Source: Candidatus Altarchaeum sp. (GTDB lineage Archaea; Altiarchaeota; Altiarchaeia; Altiarchaeales; Altiarchaeaceae). From it: a DNA stretch of 59,695 nucleotides. This document shows positions 43,959 through 53,285 of the stretch, one piece after another (position 1 is the stretch's first letter; every line of letters begins with the position of its first letter). The notes beneath the pieces were generated by a model. That model made no database searches. It saw nothing but the letters and a program-made list of their open reading frames with translations, and had not been told where the DNA came from. The stretch spans positions 1 through 59,695 of the forward strand of contig JAGWDQ010000070.1 in the NCBI GenBank assembly GCA_018260615.1, given 5' to 3'. A program made the position numbers and the translations under genes.

Positions 43959-44330
43959 ATGAAAGACAACTTTGAAATTTTGTTCTATCTTTCGGCAATT
44001 TTGTCAATTATTGGAGTGCTGCTCCTTGCATACATTTCTCCTTTAATAAATCCGCCTTTAAAACAGATAGAGGAAATTTCTCATGCAGATATAGAAAAGA
44101 ATGTCTATGTTGAAGGAACAATTGAAGAAGTCAGGAAACTCAAGGACAAATCAACGGCACTGAAATTTTATAATACAACCACAGAAATTTACATTCCGAA
44201 AAACATACAGCTCAATTTTGAAAAGGAAGAGAGGATAAGGGCTTTGGGAGCTGTAAAAATTTATCAGGGCGGACTGGAAATTATAATAAGCGATGCAAAG
44301 AATATTGAAATTGTTATGGAAGAATCTTAA
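43959..44330 (+). CDS. N-terminally anchored OB-fold-like protein
   Basis: Has one TM helix (ILFYLSAILSIIGVLLLAYI) followed by a beta-rich domain of ~90 aa. Confidence 0.35.
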   Translation: MKDNFEILFYLSAILSIIGVLLLAYISPLINPPLKQIEEISHADIEKNVYVEGTIEEVRKLKDKSTALKFYNTTTEIYIPKNIQLNFEKEERIRALGAVKIYQGGLEIIISDAKNIEIVMEES

Positions 44331-44346
44331 ATTTTAAATCTAATTA

Positions 44347-44494
44347 GGGTGTCCTAACTCGTGAAAAAACCACGCGCTTACTGATGTTAATTAACGAGTT
44401 TTTACCTTAAAAACCCACAAAATATACTTGTTTCAAAAAAACCAACATCATCAGATTGGATTTAGGAGTGGTTTTTTGGAGTATTAGGACACCT
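44347..44494. mobile_element. 148-bp element with ~28-nt imperfect terminal inverted repeats (MITE or structured RNA)
   Basis: GGGTGTCCTAACTCGTGAAAAAACCAC at 44347 pairs with the reverse complement of GTGGTTTTTTGGAGTATTAGGACACCT, which ends at 44494. Confidence 0.5.
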
Positions 44495-44576
44495 TATAAT
44501 ATTTATATTGCTTCGTAATTTTTATAAGTATATTTTTAAAACAGACAATAATAAATTTGTTATAATTTAAATCGCA

Positions 44577-44780
44577 ATGGAGACAGTTGTTGTTTCAGCA
44601 AGGATTGAAAACGGTTTAATAACACCTTTGGCAGAAATATTTCAGCAGGGACTTGTGGAAATAGAAATAAGAAAGCCAAAATCAGTAGTAGATGAGACAT
44701 TTGGCATCTGGAAGGATGAAAAAACAGGTGTTGATTATGTTAATGAAATAAGAGGTGAGTGGAAAAAGAGAGAAAAATGA
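44577..44780 (+). CDS. Small antitoxin-like protein (AF2212/DUF104-like)
   Basis: 67 aa, with the ..RIENGLITPLAEI...GLVEIEI pattern. It is followed by a 41-aa truncated ORF ending ..RVVIDTDI, a PIN-like start that the MITE at 44904 apparently cuts off. Confidence 0.35.
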   Translation: METVVVSARIENGLITPLAEIFQQGLVEIEIRKPKSVVDETFGIWKDEKTGVDYVNEIRGEWKKREK

Positions 44781-44903
44781 ACAATCTTAACATTAGGAGA
44801 TTTGAATATTTATCCGATGTCGTCAATACTCTGTATTATGATTCTGCTGTGAAATTAGGAAATCGGGTAGTTATTGATACGGATATTCGGTACTCATCCC
44901 TTT

Positions 44904-45118
44904 AAATTGGGATAATTATTTTGTGAGAGATTTTTTAAAAATCTGCTTAAAAATTATATTTTTTAAGCAAGGTAAATCATTATGTTTTTAACCTCACTCC
45001 GTTCGGATATTTACTCATTTCATTCGTAAATAACCTCACTCCGTTCGGATATTTAGTCGCTTTGCTCCTAAATGACAAAAATTGTGAGTTTATAGACAAA
45101 CATTAATTATCCCAATTT
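44904..45118. mobile_element. 215-bp MITE with 15-bp perfect terminal inverted repeats
   Basis: AAATTGGGATAATTA at 44904-44918 and TAATTATCCCAATTT at 45104-45118. The interior carries two ACCTCACTCCGTTCGGATATTTA modules. Confidence 0.7.
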
Positions 45119-45630
45119 TAGTGGGTCAGCACCTCGAATTTGATTTCTCTTTCTTTTTGTTCAATCCACGCTTCCTTTTCATAAAAATCAAAACAAAGTT
45201 TAAACCTTTCTAATAAATCCTTAAATCCCAGAATTATCGGAACGGTGTTAGTTAAAGCAAGGTAACTCAAAATTTCCATCTCCTCGGACTGATTTCCTTC
45301 TTCATCAACTAAAATACATTTAACTTTTCCAACCTTTACAGGTATTGTGCATTCTTCTTTTGTATTGATTCCATAAGCTCTATGTTCGGCCAATATTTTT
45401 ACATCTGAATTGTTCCACACATCAAGAGGTATTAGAGATATTGGTGCGCCGGTATCTATTATAGCATCTTTTGTTTTATACCATCCGGCAGGGGTTTTAA
45501 ACTTAATAGAGCAGAACAACCTGATAAAGTTCACGCTTTCACTCAACTTATTCTCTAATCCGGAACTTTTAAATTGTTCAAATCTTAATCTTACTTGCAT
45601 TTTAGTAAATATGTTCCCCGCACTCCACAA
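45118..45630 (-). CDS. Retropepsin-like aspartic protease
   Basis: Contains AIIDTGAPISLIP (DTG active-site motif); 170 aa. Confidence 0.6.
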   Translation of the reverse strand: MWSAGNIFTKMQVRLRFEQFKSSGLENKLSESVNFIRLFCSIKFKTPAGWYKTKDAIIDTGAPISLIPLDVWNNSDVKILAEHRAYGINTKEECTIPVKVGKVKCILVDEEGNQSEEMEILSYLALTNTVPIILGFKDLLERFKLCFDFYEKEAWIEQKEREIKFEVLTH

Positions 45631-45838
45631 ACATAACCGGAATTTTGTCGTTGGATTTTCCCGTCTTTTTCATTGCTTCCTCCTCAACATGATTTATACT
45701 ATCCCCTGCAGCAATTACTTTTTTATCAACTATCGCTATCCATTTATCAGGGTAATTTTTTACTAATTCCGAATAATGGGCTCTGCCCCAATTCATATCA
45801 TCCCAAAATTCCTTCGGCTCAAGTTTAACTTTTTTCAT
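45602..45838 (-). CDS. DUF5678-like small protein, coupled to the aspartic protease
   Basis: 78 aa. Contains YPDKWIAIVDKKVIAAGDS. It overlaps the downstream protease gene by 29 nt. Confidence 0.4.
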   Translation of the reverse strand: MKKVKLEPKEFWDDMNWGRAHYSELVKNYPDKWIAIVDKKVIAAGDSINHVEEEAMKKTGKSNDKIPVMFVECGEHIY

Positions 45839-45913
45839 TGTAAATTAATCTTTAAAAAATTTTGCCATTTGTTATAAATTTATCTTTTGATAATTAATTA
45901 ATAAATTTAGAAT

Positions 45914-46066
45914 ATGAGTGAAAAAGATGCAATGAGGGAAAGAGAGATAAAATTATCTCTGCTGAAATCAATTGCTTCAAAAAGCAAATTAACAGAGGAG
46001 GACGTATTAGAATTAGGAAGAAAGGTAAATAAAGGACTGCACGAAAGATATAAAAAATATGTCTAA
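45914..46066 (+). CDS. Small ORF (50 aa), helical, antitoxin-like
   Basis: Hand translation gives MSEKDAMREREIKLSLLKSIASKSKLTEEDVLELGRKVNKGLHERYKKYV. It is below the track cutoff and ends 12 nt before purN. Confidence 0.3.
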   Translation: MSEKDAMREREIKLSLLKSIASKSKLTEEDVLELGRKVNKGLHERYKKYV

Positions 46067-46078
46067 AATTAAGATAGA

Positions 46079-46693
46079 ATGGCACTAAAAATTGCAGTAT
46101 TAGCATCAACAAGAGCGAGCGATATGCAGGGAATAATTGATGCAATCAAAAGAGGATACTTAAATGCTGAAATTAAAATTTTGTTCAGCAACAGGAAGGA
46201 ATCTTATGCACTTGAAAGAGCAAAAAATAACGGAATTGAATGTCTGTTCATAGATTCCGCAGGACTGAGCAGAGAGGAATATGATGAAAAGATAATCAAA
46301 GAACTAAAGAAACGAGATATTGAATTAATTTTGCTTATCGGATATATGAAAATTTTAAGCAAAAAATTTATTGACGCTTATAAATTTAAAATAATGAATA
46401 TCCATCCTTCTTTACTTCCCGCATTTGCCGGCGGAATGGACAAAAATGTTCATAAAGCGGTTCTCGATTACGGGTGTAAAATTACCGGATGCACTTTACA
46501 TTTTGCTGATGAAAGCGTTGACGGAGGTCCGATAATAATTCAAAAGGTCTGTGAGGTTGAGGATACGGACAATGAGAACACATTAAAGGAAAAGGTTCAA
46601 AATTTAGAAGTTCATGCTTTTATTGAAGCGATAAAATTATTTTCGGAAAACAAAATAAAAGTTGAAGGCAGAAATGTCAAACTTTTAAAATAA
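46079..46693 (+). CDS. purN: Phosphoribosylglycinamide formyltransferase
   Basis: Contains IAVLASTRASDMQ, NIHPSLLPAFAG and GCTLHFADESVDGGPII. Confidence 0.88.
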   Translation: MALKIAVLASTRASDMQGIIDAIKRGYLNAEIKILFSNRKESYALERAKNNGIECLFIDSAGLSREEYDEKIIKELKKRDIELILLIGYMKILSKKFIDAYKFKIMNIHPSLLPAFAGGMDKNVHKAVLDYGCKITGCTLHFADESVDGGPIIIQKVCEVEDTDNENTLKEKVQNLEVHAFIEAIKLFSENKIKVEGRNVKLLK

Positions 46694-46804
46694 ATTTGGT
46701 CTAAATTTAATAATTAATTGTAAATTTAATTAAGTATTTAATTAACTTAATCGTAATTATTTTAGCATAAATTTAATTTAAAACAAAAATTTAATAAAAC
46801 AAAA

Positions 46805-47068
46805 ATGGCACTTTATTTGTCTCAATTGTACGGAAAGGAAATAGTGACATACAGCGGAAAAAAGTTAGGGCGAGTAGGGGATGTAATTATTGACAGCGAA
46901 GCAGGAAGGATTGTGAAACTATCTTTACAGCAGATAGCAAATACTGCTGCTGCACCTGAAATTTTAAAGAGATTTTCAATAAATTACGAAGATGTACTTG
47001 AAGTAGGAGATGTTGTTATTGTTCAGCGCGGACCTGCAACACTTACAGAATCGCCGAGTTTCAGGTAA
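46805..47068 (+). CDS. PRC-barrel domain protein
   Basis: Contains LYGKEIVTYSGKKLGRVGDVIIDSEAGRIVKLSL. Confidence 0.5.
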   Translation: MALYLSQLYGKEIVTYSGKKLGRVGDVIIDSEAGRIVKLSLQQIANTAAAPEILKRFSINYEDVLEVGDVVIVQRGPATLTESPSFR

Positions 47069-47161
47069 ATGGACAAACATATCTGCGGAATTATTTTTAA
47101 ATTTTTTCGCTTTTATTTTTAATATTTTTTTCGTCTTTCTTATTTTGTCAGTTCAATTTAT

Positions 47162-48022
47162 ATGGAAAAGAAATTTTCAAGCATAGGTATTGTATGTAAT
47201 CCGAATGTTGTAGAAAAAGAAAAGGACTTTATAACAGATACTCTGAAAGCAGTGCAAAATTTTATAAAAAATAACGGAGAAATTTTGATAGAACACCATA
47301 TTGCTTCCCATTTTGCGGGAAATTTTTTGAATGAAAAAGACAGAGGCGGAAGAAGCATAGTGAAAGAAAGCAATATAAAAGATATGCATTGTGATATGAT
47401 TTTGGTTTTTGGCGGTGACGGAACTATATTGCATACGATAAATGCTGTTCAGGATGTTCCGATTATAGGAATAAATTTGGGCAGATTTGGCTTTATGACA
47501 GAGTTGAATAAAAACGATGCAATTAAAAAATTAGAAAATTTATTTAAGGGAAATTTTTTCATAGAGAATTATGATATGCTGGATATAAATGACACATACA
47601 ATGCTGTAAATGAAGCGGTGATTTGTTATAAATTTCCCGCACGGCTTTTGGACTTTAAAATAAAAATAAACGGAGATGTTATTGGCTTTTCAGCAGACGG
47701 AGTTGTTATAGCAACACCGACCGGCTCTACGGCTTATTCTTTGTCTTTGGGAGGACCAGTAATTCATCCTTCTGCAAATGCGTTTGTAATTACGCCTATG
47801 AATTCATTTTTAGGAAATGCAAAACCCATCGTTGTGCCTTCGGATTCGGAAATTTTTATAAATATTGAGAGAGCAAACGAGGATGCATTTTTAATAATTG
47901 ACGGCAAGGTTGTTGAAAGGATAGATACGGGAAAGCAAATTTCTGTTAAGAAAAGCAAAAAGATAGCAAAATTTATACGGCTTGAGAAAACTATGAGATG
48001 TGCAAAAATTTTTAAATTCTGA
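47162..48022 (+). CDS. nadK: NAD kinase
   Basis: Contains LVFGGDGTILH, and NE..I......... followed by DGVVIATPTGSTAYSLSLGGP. Confidence 0.88.
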   Translation: MEKKFSSIGIVCNPNVVEKEKDFITDTLKAVQNFIKNNGEILIEHHIASHFAGNFLNEKDRGGRSIVKESNIKDMHCDMILVFGGDGTILHTINAVQDVPIIGINLGRFGFMTELNKNDAIKKLENLFKGNFFIENYDMLDINDTYNAVNEAVICYKFPARLLDFKIKINGDVIGFSADGVVIATPTGSTAYSLSLGGPVIHPSANAFVITPMNSFLGNAKPIVVPSDSEIFINIERANEDAFLIIDGKVVERIDTGKQISVKKSKKIAKFIRLEKTMRCAKIFKF

Positions 48023-48030
48023 TTAATCAA

Positions 48031-48957
48031 CTATATCAACTTTCCCTTAACATTGATTTCCACATGTGTATCTTCCTTAACAACACTTTCCGTTCCGAAA
48101 TTTACTATTTTAAAACACTCATCATAATTTTGAGGAATTTCTAAATTTACCTCCTTAAAATACCTGCTTACCTGTTTTTCGTCAAGCCGGCTTATAGGAA
48201 TATGTGTCGCATCAGCAAAAAATTTCTGATTTAGAGATAAATCCATCGGAATCCACGACAAATTTTCAGTGTCATAAAACTCAGCCCATGTGTGCGGCTC
48301 AAATTTCCCGTATTTCGCAAAGCCCAATACATATCTGCACGGAATTTCAAAATATCTGCAAAATGCAATGAACAATGTTGAATAATGAACACAGTTTCCG
48401 ATGCGGTTTTTAAAGAGCCATTCGGCACTCTTCATTTCGTCAATATCGCTGTATCTTAAATTTAAAAAGAGCCATGTTGAAATTTTATCTGCGATTTCTC
48501 TGCTATTCTTCGCTTTAAACTGTTCAAGAAATTTTTTTGTATCATCTGAAAGAAAGGTATATTTTTGCGGATTTAAAAATTTTTCCGTATTTGAATTGCC
48601 CTGAACTGATTTATATGCCTGATTTTTGAGCTTAAAATAAATTTTGCAGCTCTCTTTGTCACCCTTATTGTATTCTTTTCTAAAATTTAAGATTGCCAGT
48701 CCGTCTTCAATTTTGCATTCATTATATTCGCTTTCACATCCGAAAATTTTATACTCTAATATCCTGTGCTCATCATCTTCAATCGGAACGGGAAAACAAA
48801 CGGAAAGCGAAGGCGAGTCGTTAATGAAATTTGCCTTTACTTCAATAATCAGTTCAATTAATGCATCTGTTATATTTCTATCCTCGCTGTCGCTGCCAAC
48901 AATATTTTCAATAATCCGTTCGGAAATTTTACTCGTGAGTTTATCTACGATATTCAC
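48031..48957 (-). CDS. Transglutaminase-like cysteine protease-fold protein
   Basis: Contains GNCVHYSTLFIAFCRYFEIPCRYVLGF ... HTWAEFY ... WIPMD (Cys-His-Asp triad spacing). Confidence 0.7.
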   Translation of the reverse strand: MNIVDKLTSKISERIIENIVGSDSEDRNITDALIELIIEVKANFINDSPSLSVCFPVPIEDDEHRILEYKIFGCESEYNECKIEDGLAILNFRKEYNKGDKESCKIYFKLKNQAYKSVQGNSNTEKFLNPQKYTFLSDDTKKFLEQFKAKNSREIADKISTWLFLNLRYSDIDEMKSAEWLFKNRIGNCVHYSTLFIAFCRYFEIPCRYVLGFAKYGKFEPHTWAEFYDTENLSWIPMDLSLNQKFFADATHIPISRLDEKQVSRYFKEVNLEIPQNYDECFKIVNFGTESVVKEDTHVEINVKGKLI

Positions 48958-48982
48958 ATTCTATTTGCTTCTAAAGATGTTC

Positions 48983-49396
48983 TTATTTACTCCTTCTCTT
49001 TTTCTTTTCCTCTGCGGCTATTGCATCAACTATATCTGCATTTGAAATCACTCCTACTATATCTATTCCGTTGAATACGGCAAGATGCTTTAAATTTATT
49101 TTTTTCATTAATTTTGCTGCATATTTTATAGGCATTCCTGGAGAGACAATTGCAAGAGGAGAAGACGAGATTTCGCCAACCTTTACTTTGTTCAAAATTT
49201 TGTCATCCGCATACGCCTTAATAATATCCTTTCCTGTTATAATTCCAAACGGTTCCCTGTTCTCACTTGGTTCAACTATCAAACTTCCGATTCTGTTTTC
49301 ATACATCTTAATTGTCGCATCCATCAGAGTTGCATCTTTTCCGGTTTTTACAAAGTCCTTTTTCATTATATCCCTTACTTTTATTTCGCTTGCCAT
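48983..49396 (-). CDS. CBS-pair domain protein
   Basis: Contains VRDIMKKDFV....IGSLIV....GIITGKDI and a second CBS motif. The start is trimmed to MASEIKV (ATG at 49394-49396). Confidence 0.7.
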   Translation of the reverse strand: MASEIKVRDIMKKDFVKTGKDATLMDATIKMYENRIGSLIVEPSENREPFGIITGKDIIKAYADDKILNKVKVGEISSSPLAIVSPGMPIKYAAKLMKKINLKHLAVFNGIDIVGVISNADIVDAIAAEEKKKRRSK

Positions 49397-49484
49397 TTTA
49401 AAAAATTTATTATTTATAAAGACATTAAATAATTTAGAAAATTTTATATTAAATTTAAACATTAAATTTAAATCCATACAAATT

Positions 49485-49811
49485 TCAATGCGTTCCGCTC
49501 AAATACAATCCGGCAACACCTATAACAATTAATCCGATAGATACAACCTTCAATGCAGTTACCGGCTCCTTAAAGTAAAGTATCCCTATAATCGCAATAA
49601 GCGTAATCCCGACAGCAGCCCACACAGCGTAAGCCACACTTATGTCAATGGTCTTAACAGCATAAGTTAAAGCAACGAAACTTCCCCCGTAAAGTATAAA
49701 CATCATGACCGAAGGCAAAATTTTTGTAAAACCATCGCTAAATTTCATACATGTTGTTCCTGCAACTTCCAAAAGTATTGCCAAAATTAAATAAATCCAC
49801 GCAATAGACAT
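49485..49811 (-). CDS. SMR-family multidrug efflux protein (EmrE/QacE-like)
   Basis: 108 aa, 4 TM helices, with the conserved Glu in AILLEVAGTTCMK. Confidence 0.8.
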   Translation of the reverse strand: MSIAWIYLILAILLEVAGTTCMKFSDGFTKILPSVMMFILYGGSFVALTYAVKTIDISVAYAVWAAVGITLIAIIGILYFKEPVTALKVVSIGLIVIGVAGLYLSGTH

Positions 49812-49823
49812 TTTTATTGATGT

Positions 49824-50297
49824 TTATTTTTCTCCCAGACCTTCCGCATAGTCCCTTTCTTGTTTGATTCTTTCATGTGCTTTTTTAAGCCCTTCGGAAA
49901 TTTCATACTTGTTTTTTGAAAAATAATCATATATCGCCTCTGCCAGTGCATCCGATGCCAGATTTGAGCAGTGCATTTTTATCGGTGGCAGACCATCAAG
50001 TGCATCCGCAACATCCGCCTTTGTTATTTTCAGTCCTTCTTCTATTGTTTTTCCTCTTGCAATTTCCGTTATCATTGAAGAAGTCGCAATTGCAGCAGCA
50101 CATCCCATTGTTTTAAATTTTATGTCTTCTATAATGTCATGTTTACCGTTGCCGCCAGCACTTTTTTTGACTTTAATAAATATCTGCATCACATCCCCAC
50201 ATATCATGTTTCCTGCAATTCCGGTGCCGTCGGCATTCTCAATTTCTCCGGCATTCATTGGATTCATAAAGTGTTCCATTACTTTTTTTGAGTACAT
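49824..50297 (-). CDS. iscU: Fe-S cluster scaffold protein IscU/NifU N-terminal type
   Basis: Contains GNMICGDVM, MGCAAAIATSS and HCSNLASDAL (three ligand cysteines). Confidence 0.85.
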   Translation of the reverse strand: MYSKKVMEHFMNPMNAGEIENADGTGIAGNMICGDVMQIFIKVKKSAGGNGKHDIIEDIKFKTMGCAAAIATSSMITEIARGKTIEEGLKITKADVADALDGLPPIKMHCSNLASDALAEAIYDYFSKNKYEISEGLKKAHERIKQERDYAEGLGEK

Positions 50298-50308
50298 TTT
50301 TTATTTTT

Positions 50309-50446
50309 TTATTTAAACAGACCTAAATTACTCAGTCGTCCCACAATTTTCTCAATAGCAGGTGTTTGTACGATGAAAATTTGTTTTCCGCCAGCGCTTT
50401 TCCTAAAAGGGCTGAATAAACGTTCCATTACTTTTTTTGAATACAT
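50309..50446 (-). pseudogene. Chimeric relic ORF: nifU/iscU start (MYSKKVME) fused to a cysteine-desulfurase C-terminal remnant (..IEKIVGRLSNLGLFK)
   Basis: 50420-50446 copies the iscU 5' end at 50271-50297. 50296-50350 copies the spacer plus iscS 3' end at 50998-51052. Confidence 0.65.
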
Positions 50447-50514
50447 TTTTGTCTTTTTAAAACTTTAAGGAAAATTTACATTTTTATAAAGTAGGGCATA
50501 TATTTTTCATTGGT

Positions 50515-50997
50515 TTCTAACCTCGCTATCGTAAAAACCTTCAAAGTTTTTAGGATACTAAAAATGCTCGTAGCATTTTTACTATCGTAAAAATCTACAA
50601 GATTTTTGGGATATTCAAAAATGCTTGAAGCATTTTTGATGACGCTCGGATATTTTCAAAACTTCACCTCACTGCTGTTCGGAGATTTACAAAATGCTTT
50701 GCATTTTATAAGATTGAAAATCTTGCAGATTTTCAGTATTTAAAAATCTTGCAGATTTTTAAAGATTGAAAACTCATTTAAAAATACTTCAAGTATTTTT
50801 AAAGATTGAAAATCTTACAGATTTTCAGTATAGTTTTCAGTATTTCAAATCTCTGCGATTTGAAAACTGTGTTTTGAAAATAAGTTCGCTTCGCTCCCAT
50901 ATTTTCAAAAACTTCGTTTTTGAAAATCGCACCAAGACACGGAGACGCAAAGGAGTTATATTCTGTAACTTGGTGGCTTTGTGACTTTGTGTGAGTA
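50515..50997. repeat. Hairpin-module block plus truncated MITE family A copy 4 (50929-50997)
   Basis: 50586-50640 is near identical to 57654-57708. GAAAATCT(N)AGATTTTC modules lie at 50705-50830. CACCAAGACACGGAGACGCAAAGG...GTGACTTTGTGTGAGTAT is the family A reverse complement. Confidence 0.7.
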
Positions 50998-51010
50998 TTT
51001 TTTTATTTTT

Positions 51011-52165
51011 TTATTTAAACGGACTTAAATTTCTCAGTCGTCCCACGATTTTCTTTAAATTTTCTACCGTGTAATCAATTTCTTCCCGTGTATTATAAAT
51101 TCCGAGTGAAAGCCGCAAACTTCCGTGTGATTCTTCCGGCGGCAGTCCGATTGCAGTAAGAACATGGCTTGGTTCAAGAGAACGGGAAGAACACGCAGAG
51201 CCGGTTGAAACAGCAATTCCCGCATTGTCAAGAAGCATAAGCATTGATTCGCCTTCAATATTTCTAAATGAAAAATTTACATTATTACACAGTCGTTGCG
51301 CCGGATGTCCGTTTAGTCGTGACTTTGGAATTTCTTCAGGAATACGTTTGATTAAATAATCCCTTAAATTTCTCATCCCTTCAACTGATGCTCTTGTTAT
51401 AATTTCGCTTGCCTTTGCAAAGCCGACAATTCCGGGAACATTTTCGGTTCCGCTCCTTAAATTTCTCTCGTGTCCGCCGCCATTTAGCAGCGGTTCAATC
51501 TTAACTCCGCCCCTGACATACAACGCTCCGACTCCTTTCGGTCCGTAAATTTTATGCGCATTTATCGTAACAAGGTCTAAATTTTGCTTTTTCACATCAA
51601 TATCCTCTTTTGTAAATGACTGGCAGGCATCAGTATGAAAGTAAATTTCATGTTCTCTGCAAATTTTTCCGAGTTCTCCGATATTCTGAACTGTCCCGAT
51701 TTCATTGTTTCCGTGAATTACGGTTGCAAGTATTGTATCTTTTCTTATTGCTTCTTCAAATTTTTCGGTTTCAACAAGACCATATTTATCAACATCCAGG
51801 TATGTCACTTCAAATCCGTTCTTTTCAAGAAATTTTGCCGAATTAAGAACACAACTATGCTCAATCTTTGTTGTTATTATATGGGGTTTTCCGCTGTCTT
51901 TTAAATTTTTGTTGGCAAAAACAATTCCCTTTAATGCCCAGTTATTTGATTCCGTTCCGCCGGAGGTAAATATAATTTCGCCCGGTTCTGCATTTAATTT
52001 GTCAGCAATTTTCTCTCTGCTTTTTTCAATTGCCTCTTTTGCTTCTCTTCCGTAAGAATGAATGGATGAGGCGTTTCCAAATTTTTCCGAAAAGTAGGGC
52101 AGCATTACTTCAAGCACTTCTTTTGCTACGGGTGTTGTCGCTGCATTATCAAGATAAATTTTCAT
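51011..52165 (-). CDS. iscS: Cysteine desulfurase (IscS/NifS)
   Basis: Contains MKIYLDNAATTP, TINAHKIYGPKG (PLP Lys) and STGSACSS (active-site Cys). Confidence 0.92.
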   Translation of the reverse strand: MKIYLDNAATTPVAKEVLEVMLPYFSEKFGNASSIHSYGREAKEAIEKSREKIADKLNAEPGEIIFTSGGTESNNWALKGIVFANKNLKDSGKPHIITTKIEHSCVLNSAKFLEKNGFEVTYLDVDKYGLVETEKFEEAIRKDTILATVIHGNNEIGTVQNIGELGKICREHEIYFHTDACQSFTKEDIDVKKQNLDLVTINAHKIYGPKGVGALYVRGGVKIEPLLNGGGHERNLRSGTENVPGIVGFAKASEIITRASVEGMRNLRDYLIKRIPEEIPKSRLNGHPAQRLCNNVNFSFRNIEGESMLMLLDNAGIAVSTGSACSSRSLEPSHVLTAIGLPPEESHGSLRLSLGIYNTREEIDYTVENLKKIVGRLRNLSPFK

Positions 52166-52264
52166 TTTGCCGGATTAAATTTTTAAATTTTGTTAAATTT
52201 TGTTATAAGAAATTAAATTTTATAGACATAAATTTATTATTATCCGATTTAGTTTTTAGTTAAA

Positions 52265-53170
52265 ATGTGTGAAAAGAATAACGAGGGACACCAAACAAAT
52301 AATACACTTGATGAAAAATATGAAAATTTGTTAAATTTGTTAAAAAATTTAAAAAGTGTAGTGGTTGCATTTTCGGGAGGGGTTGACAGCAGTGTTGTTG
52401 CTTATGCAGCTTACAAAATTTTAGGTAAAAATGCAGTTGCAGTAACTATTGATAGTTTCGTAATACCGAGAAAAGAAATAATGTGTGCCAAAAAGATTGC
52501 AAAAGAAATAGGGATAAGTCATATAGTTGTAAGGGCTAAAGAAAATAAAGGGGACGAAAATTTTGAAAATTTTCTTAAAAATCCTGTTAACAGGTGTTAT
52601 TTCTGCAAGAAGCATGACATTGAAATTTTAAAACACATACTGAAATCTTTGGATTTCAATCTTACAAAATCTTCCGAAGATTTTGTAATTGCAAAAAAAT
52701 ATAATATTGAAGCGATTGCTGACGGGACAAATGCGGATGATTTGAAAGATACGGGAAGATTTGGAATAAAAGCGTTAAGAGAGGAAAATATAATAAGTCC
52801 TCTTGCAGAAGTCGGATTAACAAAACAGGAAATCCGGGAAATAGCAGGAAAAATAGGCCTCACAAATGCGGAAAAACCGTCAATGGCATGTTTAGCTTCA
52901 AGAATTCCAGTTAATGAACCATTAACAAAAGAACGACTGAAGCGAATTGAAAAAGCGGAAAATTTAATAAGCGGAATACTGCGGGCAAAACGGGCAAAAA
53001 ATTTAATAAATATCCGGGTAAGAGACCATAAAAATATTGCGCGACTTGAATGCAATGCCGAATGTATTGAATTAATTATTAAAAACAGAAACAACATTGC
53101 AAATGCACTAAAAAATTTAAACTATGAGTATGTTGTACTGGATCTGGAAGGATACTATAAGGGAATTTAA
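52265..53170 (+). CDS. PP-loop ATP pyrophosphatase, LarE/TIGR00268-like sulfur transferase
   Basis: Contains VVAFSGGVDSSVVA (SGGxDS PP-loop) and ..MACLASRIP. Confidence 0.65.
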   Translation: MCEKNNEGHQTNNTLDEKYENLLNLLKNLKSVVVAFSGGVDSSVVAYAAYKILGKNAVAVTIDSFVIPRKEIMCAKKIAKEIGISHIVVRAKENKGDENFENFLKNPVNRCYFCKKHDIEILKHILKSLDFNLTKSSEDFVIAKKYNIEAIADGTNADDLKDTGRFGIKALREENIISPLAEVGLTKQEIREIAGKIGLTNAEKPSMACLASRIPVNEPLTKERLKRIEKAENLISGILRAKRAKNLINIRVRDHKNIARLECNAECIELIIKNRNNIANALKNLNYEYVVLDLEGYYKGI

Positions 53171-53285
53171 AAATAGGACTAAAACTTTACTTTATAAAAC
53201 ACAAAAACGATGCTCTTTTATGCTTTATAATGTAAAGACAATTAATAACAGTAAATAATTATTGTCTCATTTATTATCCTTTACT

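Noticed and set aside
45894-46145. Minus-strand 83-aa ORF
   Set aside because: The translation is low-complexity L/F/I-rich. It overlaps the purN start and is antisense to a more plausible 50-aa plus-strand ORF.
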